A stretch of DNA of 64,000 bases from Eledone cirrhosa (GCA_964016885.1 OZ024740.1:173848001-173912000), one strand, 5' to 3'. Shown: positions 13,598 to 34,331, counted from the stretch's first letter. The notes: a model not told the origin generated them from the letters alone. Numbers and translations are program-made.

Positions 13598-13769
13598 GTG
13601 TATATATATATATGTATATGTATATATACATGTATACGTATTTATATATATATACGTATATATATATATACACACACACACACATATATATATATATGTG
13701 CATATATATGTATGTATATATGTATATATATATATATATGTAGTGAATATATGTATGTGTATATATATA

Positions 13770-14904
<1,135 letters not shown>

Positions 14905-14915
14905 TATATGTATAC

Positions 14916-14978
<63 letters not shown>

Positions 14979-14981
<3 letters not shown>

Positions 14982-15491
14982 AGATAAATCTACCAAGAGT
15001 TTACGGTAGTGTCCAATCCGTATGAAGAACTCAATGTAATCCGGATATCATGGAAAGAAGAGATGCAATGAAAAATCACTTAATAATTTTAATTTAGTTA
15101 TACTATTATTAATACTCTACTACTATTTAACTTCAAAATTCCGCTTCAAATATTATAAACCTAAGTAGTATACACCTTAGAAATCAATATATTAACTATC
15201 CTTAATTTAGTTAACCTATGGTTAATGGTATAATTATATTGAAATGCATAATTTTGCCTTCTCTCTTACATTTCCTAATACTGAAACTATGTAAACACAT
15301 ATTATGATCTAAATGCAGATTAATATTCTATGTTTCTTGAAACCTATATTTACTATACCCCCCCCCTACTATTATTATTTGTATTTGTAAGCGTGGATGT
15401 ATGTATGTATATGTAGGTAGGTATGTATGTTTGGGTGTTTGTATGTGAGTATAAAAATACATATCTGCGCATGTAAATAAGGGTGTATGAT

Positions 15492-15536
<45 letters not shown>

Positions 15537-15708
15537 ATGTATATATGTGTGTATATATATATATGTATATGTGTGCGTATATATATGTATATATGTATCT
15601 ATGTATTTATGTGGGTATATGTATGTATGTATATGTATGCACATGTATATATCTATGTGTATATGTGTGTATGTGTATATGTGTACGTATGTGCGCATGT
15701 ATATGTGA

Positions 15709-15790
<82 letters not shown>

Positions 15791-15964
15791 AGTTGATGTG
15801 TGTATGTGTGTGTATATATATATGTGTATGTATATGTATATATATATATATATATGTATATGTATGTGTGTATGTATATATATATATGTATATGTATGTG
15901 TGTGCATATTTGTCTGACTGTGTGTATTAATTTATTTATTTATTTATTTATCTTATTTCTTTAT

Positions 15965-16002
<38 letters not shown>

Positions 16003-16023
16003 ATATATATGTATATATATGTA

Positions 16024-16066
<43 letters not shown>

Positions 16067-16408
16067 ATGTGTGTGTATGTGTGTGTATATATATGTATGT
16101 GTGTATGTATGTGTATGTATGTGTGTTTTTGTGTGTGTACGTGTGTATATATTTATATATATATATATATGTATCTCTATTTATATATGTATATATGTGT
16201 ATGTATATCCCTTTATTTATGTATGTCTGAGTTGTGTGAGCGTGTGGTGGTGTTTGTATGTATATACGCTTACATGGATGTGTATGTATGTGTATATATG
16301 CGTATATGTATGTGTGTATGTGTGTGTGAGTATATATGTATGTCTATGTATGAGTATGTATGTGTGTGTATGTATGTGTGTATATATATGTGTGTGTGTA
16401 TATGTATA

Positions 16409-16461
<53 letters not shown>

Positions 16462-16533
16462 TATGTGTGTGTGTATATATATCTTTATATATATGTATGC
16501 GTAAGTGTGTGTATGTATGTGTCTATATATATA

Positions 16534-16584
<51 letters not shown>

Positions 16585-16676
16585 GTATATGTGTATGTGT
16601 GTATATGTATATATTTATATGTGGGTATGTATGTGTATGTGTGTATATACATGAGTGTGTTTATATATGTGTGTAG

Positions 16677-16714
<38 letters not shown>

Positions 16715-16941
16715 GTGTGTTGTGAATGTATGTGTATATATATGTATGCGTATGTGTGTGTATATATATATATATATGTGTGTATATGTGTATATGTCTA
16801 TGTATTTATATGTGTATATGTATGTGTCTCTATATGTATGCGTGTGTGTATGTATATGTGTATTTATATGGTGTGTGTATGTATATGTATGTGTATGTAT
16901 GTGTTTGTGTATATGTGTATGTATATGTATGTATATGTATG

Positions 16942-16982
<41 letters not shown>

Positions 16983-17916
16983 GTATGTATATCGATGTAT
17001 ATTTTATATTTTACTTGTTTATATATATGTGTGTATGTATATATATATATATATGTGTATATATATATATATGTGTGTGTATGTATATATTATATATATA
17101 TATTTTCTTGATATATTTCTTTTTTCTTTTTCTTTTCTTTTTATTTCTAAGTTTATAGATACATTTATAAATAGGCAGTCTGCTGACACCGGTGAATACT
17201 GACCTCTCCCCCCCACCTACTTTCTGTATCTGGATCTAAATGTGTGTGGCAGTGTTTATGTGCGCGCATTAATATCCATATGCTTATGATAATAGTATAT
17301 ACACACATATATATGTGTGTGGGGGTGTAGTATGTGTGTATGTATGTTCGTGGTTGTGTGTATGTGTATGCGTATACGCGTGTGTGTGTGTGAATGTACG
17401 TATATGTGTGAGTATATGAATGTGTGTATATATTTATTTTATATTTATATATGTGTGTGCGTATTTTATCTGTAGATTATAAACATACAGAGACATTAGC
17501 CTTGAATTTTTGTATTTACATACATCTTTTTGGCAGGCGTATGCATGTGAACATATATCTTTATGCATATCTGTGAACGAAGTTACTTATATGCATATAT
17601 ATACACACACCTAACTGTATAAACTTTTGTATTTTCATTGGTCAATTTGAACTCTGTTCCCAAACAGACCTGTAATTTTGAATTGTTGTTATTATCAATA
17701 AATATATTTCATTATTTCTGAAGACGGCATATATATGTGTTTGGTATGTATATTTAATTTTGATAGTTTGTATAATTTTGTATAATTTTGTACATAGATC
17801 TGTTGAATATGCATGCCAATTCTAACACATATATATCCTAGAAACGATCGTTAAATAATGAACTTTTTTTGTTTAATATAAGGAACTGTTTCATTGTTTT
17901 ATTCATTATTTTTTAA

Positions 17917-17925
<9 letters not shown>
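14979..17925 (+). mobile_element. Non-coding microsatellite-rich PLE 3' region with hammerhead, preceded by an inverted terminal piece
   Basis: ~15260-17925 is the reverse complement of ~18272-20320; 14979-15080 matches 18132-18235. Confidence 0.65.
17708..17862 (+). ncRNA. Type I hammerhead ribozyme with long (~115 nt) stem II
   Basis: ttcattattt-CTGAAGA-[atatatgtgtt/aacacatatat and tggtatg/catgcca helices]-GAAA-cgatcg-TT-aaataatgaa; 10-bp stem I. Confidence 0.8.
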
Positions 17926-17948
<23 letters not shown>

Positions 17949-17971
17949 CGTGTATATATATATAAATATAC

Positions 17972-18059
<88 letters not shown>

Positions 18060-18088
18060 GTGTATATATATATATATAGATACACGTG

Positions 18089-18131
<43 letters not shown>

Positions 18132-19090
18132 GTAGATAAATCTACCAAGAGTTTACGGTAGTGTCCAATCCGTATGAAGAACTCAATGTAATCAGGATAT
18201 CATGGAAAGAAGAGATGCATTCAAAAATCACTTTCGGTGAAAGATAAACGGAATACAGAGTCAAGATAAAATATTAAAAAAATAATGAATAAAACAATGA
18301 AACAGTTCCTTATATTAAACAAAAAAAGTTCATTATTTAACGATCGTTTCTAGGACATATATGTGTTAGAATTGGCATGCATATTCAACAGATCTATGTA
18401 CAAAATTATACAAAATTATACAAACTATCAAATCTAATATACATACCAACACATACATATGCCGTCTTCAGAAATAATGAAATATATTTATTGACAATAA
18501 CAACAATTCAAAATTACAGGTCTGTTTGGGAACAGAGTTCAAATTGACCAATGAAATACACAAAAATATATCGAGAAAATACAGTTAGGTGTGTGTATAT
18601 ATGTAAGTAACTTCGTTCACAGATATGCATAAGAATATATGCTCACATGTCGAAAAAATGTATACAAATACAAACATTCAGGGCTAATGTCTCTGTATGT
18701 TTATAATTTACAGATAAAATACACATACGTATATAAACATATATACACACTCATATATACACACACATATACATACATTCACGCACACACGCGCATATAG
18801 ACATAAACATACACATACCCACGAACATACACACACACACACAGACACACACACTCACATATGTGTATATTATTATTATAACTACATGGAAATTAAGGCA
18901 CACACACAAAAACACTGCCACTTACATTTTTACATCTATATGCAGAAGATGGTGGAGGGGTTCAGTAATTACTAAGGGTGTCATAACTGCCTATTTATAG
19001 AATGTATCTATAAATTTAGAAATAAAAAGAAATATATAAAGAAAATAAACAAATAAAATATATACTCATACATAAAATACACACCGATAA

Positions 19091-19143
<53 letters not shown>

Positions 19144-19593
19144 CATATATATATACACATATATATACATACACACACACATACATACATATATACACGC
19201 ACATATACATACACATATACTTAGAGACACATACACATACATATATAAATACATAGACACACATGCATACACACACATATATATATATATATATATACAT
19301 ATATTCTCAACACACGCATATATATACACATATATGTACACACATATATACACACATACATACATATACATATATACATACACACACATATATATACACA
19401 CATATATACACACATATATACACATATATATACACATACACGCACATATATATATATACACACACTCACACATATATATACACGTATATATACACACACA
19501 CACACGTATCCATGTATGTACACATACAACCACACATTCACACAACTCAGACATACATAAATAAAGAGATATACATACACACATATACATATA

Positions 19594-19673
<80 letters not shown>

Positions 19674-19730
19674 CACACAAATATATATACACATACACAC
19701 ACACATATAGATACACACACATATAGATAC

Positions 19731-19781
<51 letters not shown>

Positions 19782-19856
19782 CACACACACCCCTATATAT
19801 ATATATATATATAAAGAAAAAAAAAATAAATAAATACACACAGTCAGACAATTATG

Positions 19857-19896
<40 letters not shown>

Positions 19897-20031
19897 CACA
19901 CATCCCTACAAATATATATACACATACACCCGCACACATACATATATACATACACACATATATATACATAGACATATACATATACATACACACATATACA
20001 TACACATATATATACACATACATATATATAC

Positions 20032-20074
<43 letters not shown>

Positions 20075-20325
20075 GACATACACACTTATTTACATGCGCA
20101 CATATGTATTTTTATACTCACATACAAACACTCAAACATACATACCTACTTACATACACATACATACATCAACGCTTACAAATACAAATAATTATAGGGG
20201 GGGGGGGGGGAAGAGGATTAAAATTATTAGTGGGAAATAGTAAATAAGAATATTAATCTGCATTTAGATCATAATATGTGTTTACATAGTAGTTTTAGTA
20301 TTAGGAAATGTAAGAAATGTAAGAA
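18132..20325 (-). mobile_element. Second, inverted copy of the 14979-17925 element with a complete 3' tail
   Basis: Colinear reverse-complement landmarks; tail ends ...ggtagatttatctac into a TA tract, as at 21780-21961. Confidence 0.65.
18329..18481 (-). ncRNA. Type I hammerhead ribozyme with long stem II
   Basis: Reverse-complement copy of 17708-17862 with core and stem I intact. Confidence 0.8.
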
Positions 20326-20327
20326 AG

Positions 20328-20985
20328 AAGGTGTTTCCTCAAAAACCAGTATGACTCTAAAAACCGGTTTGTCTGTGTGTTTACATACAGAATAGCTGGA
20401 TACTCACAGTAAAGTAACCAGTGAAAGACTTGGTACATCTACATATGTATACGTGTGTGTATTCATATGCATACTAGTATTTCAGTATACATATATGGAT
20501 GTACATTTTTAACTTAATTGTTTAAGCGTCAGTCATACAAAAGTGAGATACAAACGAAACGAAATTTAATTTCGTTTCGTTATTTGTTTTTATCGTCTCC
20601 GTTGAACCGGTACGTACTCACACTCTATGCAAATTAGTCTGCCCACTACTAATTTTCATAGAAAAAGCATATAACGATATGTGCTTTTACGATTCTCCAG
20701 AAAGGCCGGTAGATAGGTAAATATTGCTGATGAGTTGTAACAACAACGAAACTAGTTCAATATTCCTTGTCTGGCTTTCTGGAGTATAGAGGAAAGGTGT
20801 TTCCTCAAAAACCAGTATGACTCTAAAAACCGGTTTGTCTGTGTGTTTACATACAGAATAGCTGGATACTCACAGTAAAGTAACCAGTGAAAGACTTGGT
20901 ACATCTACATATGTATACGTGTGTGTATTCATATGCATACTAGTATTTCAGTATACATATATGGATGTACATTTTTAACTTAATT

Positions 20986-20990
<5 letters not shown>
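20328..20990 (+). mobile_element. Non-coding hammerhead element (retrozyme-like, copy B), 466-nt period
   Basis: 20328-20524 repeats at 20794-20990; hammerhead between the repeats; homologous to 6488-7225. Confidence 0.8.
20695..20784 (+). ncRNA. Type I hammerhead ribozyme with extended stem I
   Basis: aatattg-CTGATGA-gttgt aaca acaac-GAAA-ctag-TT-caatatt, enclosed by ctccagaaaggccgg/ctggctttctggag. Confidence 0.9.
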
Positions 20991-21059
<69 letters not shown>

Positions 21060-21120
21060 GTATATATATATATATATAGACATATATATATATATATGTA
21101 TATATATATACATATACACG

Positions 21121-21153
<33 letters not shown>

Positions 21154-21163
21154 ATATATAGAC

Positions 21164-21273
<110 letters not shown>

Positions 21274-21562
21274 GTGTATATATATATATATATACGTGTA
21301 TATATATATATATGTATATACTTATATGTGTATATACATACTCACAAACACAATTCATTATAATAAAAAATAAAAAACAATGAACAAACATAATGCAATA
21401 GGCCGTCACATAAAAATAAAAAATATACGACTTAAGAAAATAAAAATTATTATAAACTTGAGAGCGGTACAGGAAAAGACACAAATAAATAAACAAACAC
21501 ACGTGGTAAGCAATACACACATCTACACATACACATACACATACATACATATAAATATACAC

Positions 21563-21961
<399 letters not shown>

Positions 21962-22013
21962 TATATATATATATATATATTATTATTATGTAATAAACAA
22001 CATAAGGCAATTA

Positions 22014-22073
22014 TTCCATTTACCAGTGGTTTCTTAAAAGCAAAAGGTTTTGCTTTCAATCCTCAGAATGAAA
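22014..22073 (-). ncRNA. Type I hammerhead ribozyme
   Basis: Minus strand tttcatt-CTGAGGA-ttgaaagcaaaa cc ttttgcttttaa-GAAA-ccactgg-TA-aatggaa. Confidence 0.85.
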
Positions 22074-22428
22074 AATCCTGGTTTGTTTATTGAATATGGA
22101 TTCTAAAAACAAAAATGCAATCTATATGAAAGTGAGGCTGGAAAAGGGAGAAGGAAAGGAAAAATAAAATAAAACTACACATGCAAACACACACAAAAAA
22201 ACACAAAAGCATACTTACACACACATACATATATACATATATATAAAAATGTACGCATACACATATACATATACACATATATATATATATATATATAAAG
22301 CGTACACCTACACACACATACACATATATACACACATATACACATACATACATTCATACATACATACACACACACACACACACATATATACACACACACA
22401 CACATACACACACACATATATATATACA

Positions 22429-22500
<72 letters not shown>

Positions 22501-22875
22501 TGTGTGTGTACAAGCATACACATACACACACATATATATATACACATACATACATTCACACAAACATACAACGTACATACATACACATACATGAATGCAC
22601 TCCACTACATATTCACACACGCAAATAAATATAAGAAAAAAATATATAAATATATATTAACAAATTTTTGACAGCGATACATGCCCCAGCTAACAGGACA
22701 GACACGCGTGGTAAGTAATACACACAAAAGCACATATACATACGTACGAAATAGTAAACACATACACACACTCTCACACATAAATATACATATACAAATA
22801 TATAAACACGTACATACACATACATACACAAACATGTACACGTATATAATATAAGCACACACATGTATATGTAAT

Positions 22876-22967
<92 letters not shown>

Positions 22968-23174
22968 CAAAAATATAAAAATATAAACGCACACACACAT
23001 ATAAATACGTAAACACACATATACATACATAGCTAAACAATTATACACATGCATACACATACACACACACATATACATGTGTGTATGTGTAAAGCTCAGT
23101 ATTAGATAAGACAAATGAACCTTACATAAGCGTATATATAGTAGTAAAGTAATAAAGCCATACAAGGCAATTAA

Positions 23175-23233
23175 TCCATTCACCAGAGGTTTCTTAAAAG
23201 CAAAAAAAGTTTCCTTCAATCTTCAGAATGAAA
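23175..23233 (-). ncRNA. Degenerate hammerhead copy (GUG at the cleavage triplet)
   Basis: Minus strand ttcatt-CTGAAGA-imperfect stem II-GAAA-cctctgg-TG-aatgga. Confidence 0.6.
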
Positions 23234-23307
23234 AAAAGCCTGGTTTATCCACATATACATACATATACACACACAAATATACAATTATATACACACATAC
23301 ACACACG

Positions 23308-23350
<43 letters not shown>

Positions 23351-23617
23351 TATATATACATATATATATACATATACATACACAAACATATACATACACA
23401 TATACATATATACACATATATATATACACACAAAAATACATACACATACACATAGGTATGTGAAGGGCAAAACAAAAAGAATATATGGGGGGGGGGCTAA
23501 GAGGAGGTAAAATTATAAGGGGAGGTAAGGGAGAAAAAAATTTTCAATATACAAGAGTACAGAAGGTAGAATCAGCAAAATAAAAACCGTAGCAAAAGTA
23601 AAGAGCAGAGAAGGAGT

Positions 23618-24120
23618 TCAAGGCGGTTGATTTATCGTAGGAGTGTCAATCCAGTTACAGATCAGATGTGATTTCAGATGAGGACAGCATCTGAAGATCT
23701 CAGTCTTTGAGTTAAGGCAAGCGGAAGTGGCTCTCAAGTTTAGCAAAATCCTATACTTTTCTGTGGTACACAAAGAACAATTCTTTGTGCCCCTTTGGTA
23801 CTCCCTCGAATGGTCTAATATAGACCAATCAATAGAGTACGGGATATTACTATCCTTGAGATCCCATACCTTACTTGCGAGGGCCGTTGATGCTCGTTTA
23901 TCTGAGTGTTTAAAAGAAGCGACATGTGAGTAAAATCTGGTTTTAAACCTGTCCTGGGTCATACCGACATATCGCTCACTTCTGGCTGGCTGGTTGTTGA
24001 TAACTGGCGTTATCTTAGCCTCATAAACGACAGATTTTGTGTTACATTTACCCTGCAATGGGCATTCATCCGGCTTCCTGCAACTGCATCCTGGATTTAT
24101 CCTCGTACGGTTTGAACTGG
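23618..24120 (-). pseudogene. PLE GIY-YIG endonuclease fragment
   Basis: CSCRKPDECPLQGKC...VVY...YVG motif; closely similar to 27050-27569. Confidence 0.85.
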
Positions 24121-24425
24121 TGATTTTGGACTGGTGATTTTGGACTGGTGATTTTGCCCATTGCAGGGTAAATGTAACACAAAATCATTGTTCTAAACAA
24201 CTGAAACACTAGTGTTTCAGTTGTTTAGAACAATGACTGTACTTTGCTTTATCGCGATGGATGAACAACAAAACTGACCATTCTTTATCTTTGTCTCTTG
24301 GTCACCAGAACAAGTTACTCTGTTGGGTGTATATTTTCTATACCCTGTAATATCAACAGGGTTGTGTTTTTTCACAAAGGAGTATTCTGTCTCTTATATA
24401 TTCCATGTGCCATTACCAACCTCAA

Positions 24426-25590
<1,165 letters not shown>

Positions 25591-25596
25591 ATATAT

Positions 25597-28396
<2,800 letters not shown>

Positions 28397-28494
28397 AGGG
28401 TTAAACAAGGTTCAATGAATAAATCAAAGAATGAGTTTTACAATAGATTGGAAGCACAATTATAGATAATAAGAAAAATCACAAATTCATCCAA

Positions 28495-30078
28495 ATGGAC
28501 ATAGCAAGCTATTATTCTTCTATTACACCTAACCTATTAAATAAGGCTTTGTCTTATGCTTACAAACATACAGATCTAACTACGGATGAAATCAATATCA
28601 TATTAACTGCTAGAAGAACTCTAATTAATTTCAACAATGAGTATTGGACCCGTTCAGATAGGAATAGAAACTTTGACATTACCATGGGATCATCGGACTC
28701 AGCGCAGGTCACCGATCTTCTGGGGATTTTTATCAAAAATATGGTAAATCGAAAACTGCCGGAGATTACCGGTGGTTTATATAGGGACGATATTATATTT
28801 ACGGTTGTCAAACATATCAATACAGAACTAAATAGGGTTAAGAAAACTATAATTGAATTCTTTAAATTAGAAGTTGAAAGTAGTACCAAAATAGTTAATT
28901 TCCTTGACGTTAGCCTTAACTTAAACTCAGGTTTTTATTACCCTTTCCATAAGCCCAATGAAAACTTAAATTACGTTAGCTATTACTCTAATCACCCTAA
29001 ATCCGTGAAAAACGCAATAGTCAATAGTGTACAGAAACGCATAACTAGAATATCCGCTAATAAATCCATATTTGATGAAAAAGCAGGATACTATAATGAC
29101 GCGCTACGAAAGTCAGGTTATAAAAATAATATTGAATATATAGATAATAATAATTTGAATTATGATCCTGATAAAAATAAGACTAACATATATAAACAAG
29201 ATTCTAAAAATTATAATATAAACACCAGTACCGTGAATAAATCGGGGAAAACAATCAGAACTAAATCAGTTATATGGTTTGCCCCTCCAGCTTCTGTAGC
29301 AATAAAAACACCACTCGCAAATCTATTCTTTAAAGCTTTAGATAAATCCTTCCCCATTCAACACAAATACCGTTCCATATTTAACAAACACACAATTAAG
29401 CTTTCTTATTCTACAACTATGAATATGGCCCAGAACATCGCAAAAATAAATAGTAGAATTCTAAATCATAATCAACAAACATTTAACGATAATGAATATA
29501 ATAACACTAGCAATATTAATACTAGGAATAACAATAACATTAATCTAAGCACAATCAATAGAACACTTCAAAGTACTAATACTGTTAATGTAAGTTGTCC
29601 AATTTATAGTAATAACAATAAATCGAAATGTAATTGTAGAAATAGACCAAATTGCCCTCTGCAAAATAATTGCCTGGATAGAAATCTGGTCTATAAATGC
29701 ACCGTAAAAGCAAATAACATCACATACAACTATATTGGTGCAACTTCATCGACATTTAAATCAAGATTTTCGAATCACAAATGCTCTTTTTCGAATCCTA
29801 ATAGGAAATCTTCGACTTCTTTATCACAACTTATATGGTCGTTAAAAGACAAAAATTTAAAATACTCGATTTCTTGGTAGAAGCTGTGTAATAGTCGAAT
29901 CTACTTGAATTCTTCAATATCACCTAACTGCAATCTCTGTACCATGGAGACCCTATTAATAATTAATAATTATGAAAATTTAATTAACAAAAAAAGTGAA
30001 TTATTCTCAAATTGCCTTCATAAAGCTTCCTCTACATTCCAAGCCTCGCAAAAAAGTCAGGAAAATAACACTAAATAA
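28495..30078 (+). pseudogene. PLE RT-GIY-YIG ORF with one internal TAG
   Basis: DIASYYSSI, FDITMGS, GGLYRDD, CNCRNRPNCPL, LVYKC, YIGAT; after TAG 29878-29880 the frame continues CNLCTME...ELFSNCLH to TAA 30076-30078. Confidence 0.85.
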
Positions 30079-30329
30079 ATAGGTTCTAATTTTTTGACGT
30101 CTCTTATCAACTGAGTGCGTAAAACGTTATAACAGATTATAAAACCTTATAGTAATTTTTTATTTTTTATTCTTTTAAGATAAGATTAATGTTAGATTAA
30201 TGGGTTCTATATAGGTATATAAACATATAGATTGTTAACATGATCTCTTAATGAATATGCATATCATTTGATTGTGTAGATACATTTAATTTGATTGAGA
30301 TTCTTGTATATTTTTTTAAATATATAGCT

Positions 30330-31440
30330 TATATGGTTAAAATGAACCGTAAATCATTCATGCATTTATGTTTTTGTGTATTTATTCTTTTGGAGTATAT
30401 TAGTTTTACGATTCAGGATGTTTGATTTATATATTTATATTTATTTATATATATTTATGGTATATGCGTCGCACACGATCCTAGTCGACAAACTTTTTCC
30501 ACTTAACTTGATGTAAAACTTCAATTATAACTTTACTAACAATGATTGTATCTATTATTTATTATATGTATATGGATCACTAATATCGTCTTGAGTTCCG
30601 AACAGAATACTCTATGTATATTTGGACAAATGTGTATATCTAGTATAATAACATGCTTCTAGCTACATTTATAAGTACTTTAGATACTTAAGGACATTCT
30701 AGTGTTATAATTGTTAAATATTTTCTAAATTATATAACGTTTATTATTTTTTAATTTAATTAAATTCGGATTACCTTCGGGTCAATAAAAATCTTAAGTT
30801 TTCTCTTTCTCATGTTTGCAGACACTTTAAATATGATATTATACTACAATATAGATCCTTAACAATTTTCTTGTATTTTTAAATTATATAGCTTAGATAT
30901 TTGGCACTTTTACGATCGCAAACAATTTACTTTTTTACTTTGAATCTGGTTCTTATCCTTATGATTCATGAAGTTTGATTTGTATATTTATAGTATTACA
31001 TGATCCTAATATAATAACCTTAATTTTTTAACAATATTAACAGTAACTTATTTATTATATTATATTATATTATGTTATGTATAACTGACTAATATCGTCT
31101 TGAACTTTAGATAATATGCTCTTTGTATATATATTTAGACAAATGCATATATCTAATTTAATAATACCCTTTTTTGAGTTTAATTGTAAGGCCTTTAGAT
31201 ACTTTAAGGCATTCTAATTGTTAATTTAAATTTTTTAAAGTTATAACTGTAATTATTTTCTAAATTATATAATGTAAATTATTTCAATATAACATTTTTT
31301 TAAAAATATAATATAAGATAATATAATTTAATATGGATTACCTTCGTGAGGATGAAAATATTAAGTATTCCTTCTCATGTTTGCAAATACTTTAAATATG
31401 ATTTTATAAATTAAATATGATAGTATGCTTTAATATTAAT
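30330..31440 (+). repeat. Diverged tandem duplication (~510-570 bp period) in the PLE 3' UTR
   Basis: Paired blocks actaatatcgtcttga (~30579/~31088) and ggattaccttcg...ttctcatgtttgca (~30769/~31335). Confidence 0.7.
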
Positions 31441-32155
31441 ATAGATATTTATAAACTTTTATAGCCTGAAATATTATACATTTTGATTAATTCATTATTC
31501 TAAACTAACATAAATGATTTGAAATTTAACGGTCAGCCGGATACGTTTGGATATATATAGTGTATATAATTAATTGTTAGTATATTTATAATTAACTAAG
31601 GACTCGAAATTATACCCTCATATAATTACACCCAGATATATTTAATATTTAGATTGATGGATACTTCTAGATAATTCAGTAATTCAAAGATTCGAGTTTA
31701 CTCTTTCACAAAGCTATGCCTAAATGTATATTCATGTGTTTGTATAGATATATATAATTTTTGCATTATCTAATCACACCCTATTCATCCACGACAATAC
31801 AAACCTCCCTCCCTATGCTTTATACTATAAAAATTATTACTCCTTGTCTCTCTATCCTTGATCAATTCTCTTTTGCTTTCTATACTTTTAGTAACTATAT
31901 TTTCTCCTCATCTGTTTCTCTCTGTCTTTCTTCGTTCTTCTTTCTTCAATAATTTAAATTATTTGAATCTCTAACAGTTATGTAAATTGCTATTATGTAT
32001 TTTTAAGCTTTATCACACGCACCCTCTGTATTATATATAAGTTTTTTCATGTCTCAATCTTAAGGTATATAAATATTGAGTTTTGTCATATCTTATTCAC
32101 TACCATGACTGAATCTTAACCATCTACTATGTCAGGGTATGTCATGCATCATCTT

Positions 32156-32220
32156 ATTTTATCTGATGAGGACGTACTGTTGAAGTTAGCTTAGTACCTC
32201 TGAAATATGTATAATAAGAT
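32156..32220 (+). ncRNA. Type I hammerhead ribozyme
   Basis: attttat-CTGATGA-gga c gtact...agtac c tct-GAAA-tatgta-TA-ataagat. Confidence 0.85.
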
Positions 32221-32280
32221 ATACTTGATCACACGAATGTCTATTTTTGTTAATATTTTGAATTAATATAAATATATATA

Positions 32281-33542
<1,262 letters not shown>

Positions 33543-33555
33543 TATATATATATAT

Positions 33556-34135
33556 ATTAATAAGGTAATGAATTCTTTTACAATGGAATTAGCTCGAAGG
33601 AGGAAAATACCCCTGAGCCGTGTATAAACTAATATATATTTTCCTCCTTCGAGCTAATTCCATTGTAAAAGAATTCATTACCTTATTAATATAACTGCTC
33701 CTAGTCTGAGCTGAAAGCCGCCTCATATATACGACTGTTATTTCCAGCAGTACGGTTATGAGACTAGCTAGAAACTGTTAAACCATGTGCGTCACACAGT
33801 CTTTTAAATTATTTAGAAGTGAAGCATATCAATTTGTCCCTGGATGTTTACTGAGGAGAGGAGGACATGATATTCCTACACTTATTTATCTCGAAACATA
33901 TTTGGATTTTAAAGTTTAAACTTATCTACGGAACAGGTTTGATTTTGAAATTTAAATGTGTCTAAACATCATAGCCTTTTGGCAATGCAGTTCGTCTTTG
34001 TTGATTTATTATTTTAAATCGATATGGACAAACTGTAGTATAATAATTAGTATACTTCAATCTGGCTAAATTTTCTTTTGCAATATATATACAGATGTGT
34101 TGGTATCTGTGTTTCATCATATATATTAGTTTATA
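33556..34135 (+). mobile_element. Short non-coding hammerhead element with a fold-back 5' end
   Basis: 33556-33609 is inverted at 33637-33690; hammerhead 33843-33970; TA tracts on both sides. Confidence 0.7.
33843..33970 (+). ncRNA. Type I hammerhead ribozyme with a long, stable stem III
   Basis: gatgttta-CTGAGGA-gag...ctc-GAAA-catatttggattttaaagt...attttgaaatttaaatgtg-TC-taaacatc; 8-bp stem I, GUC site. Confidence 0.9.
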
Positions 34136-34146
34136 TATATATATAC

Positions 34147-34184
<38 letters not shown>

Positions 34185-34219
34185 GTATATATATATATAT
34201 ACGTATATATATACGTATA

Positions 34220-34253
<34 letters not shown>

Positions 34254-34331
34254 CCTACGTATATAAATACATATATATATATATTTATTAAAATAACAGA
34301 TTAAAGTTTAAGCAAAGAATAGCTGATAACG

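Larger units (their letters stand above)
21980..24185 (-). mobile_element. 5'-truncated PLE (GIY-YIG end plus tandem pLTRs with two hammerheads)
   Basis: ORF 23618-24058 (-) CNTKSVVYEAKI...YVGMTQDRFKTRF...CSLC; two hammerhead copies ~1160 bp apart downstream. Confidence 0.8.
28395..32270 (+). mobile_element. 5'-truncated PLE (YRDD type, possibly Nematis clade) with a ~2.2 kb AT-rich 3' UTR and terminal hammerhead
   Basis: RT-GIY-YIG ORF, long UTR, hammerhead 32156-32220, TA tracts on both sides. Confidence 0.9.

Noticed and set aside
29878-29880. In-frame stop in the GIY-YIG domain as recoding (selenocysteine as in Naiad PLEs)
   Set aside because: The codon is TAG, not TGA, and the element has a C-terminal endonuclease; a nonsense mutation is simpler
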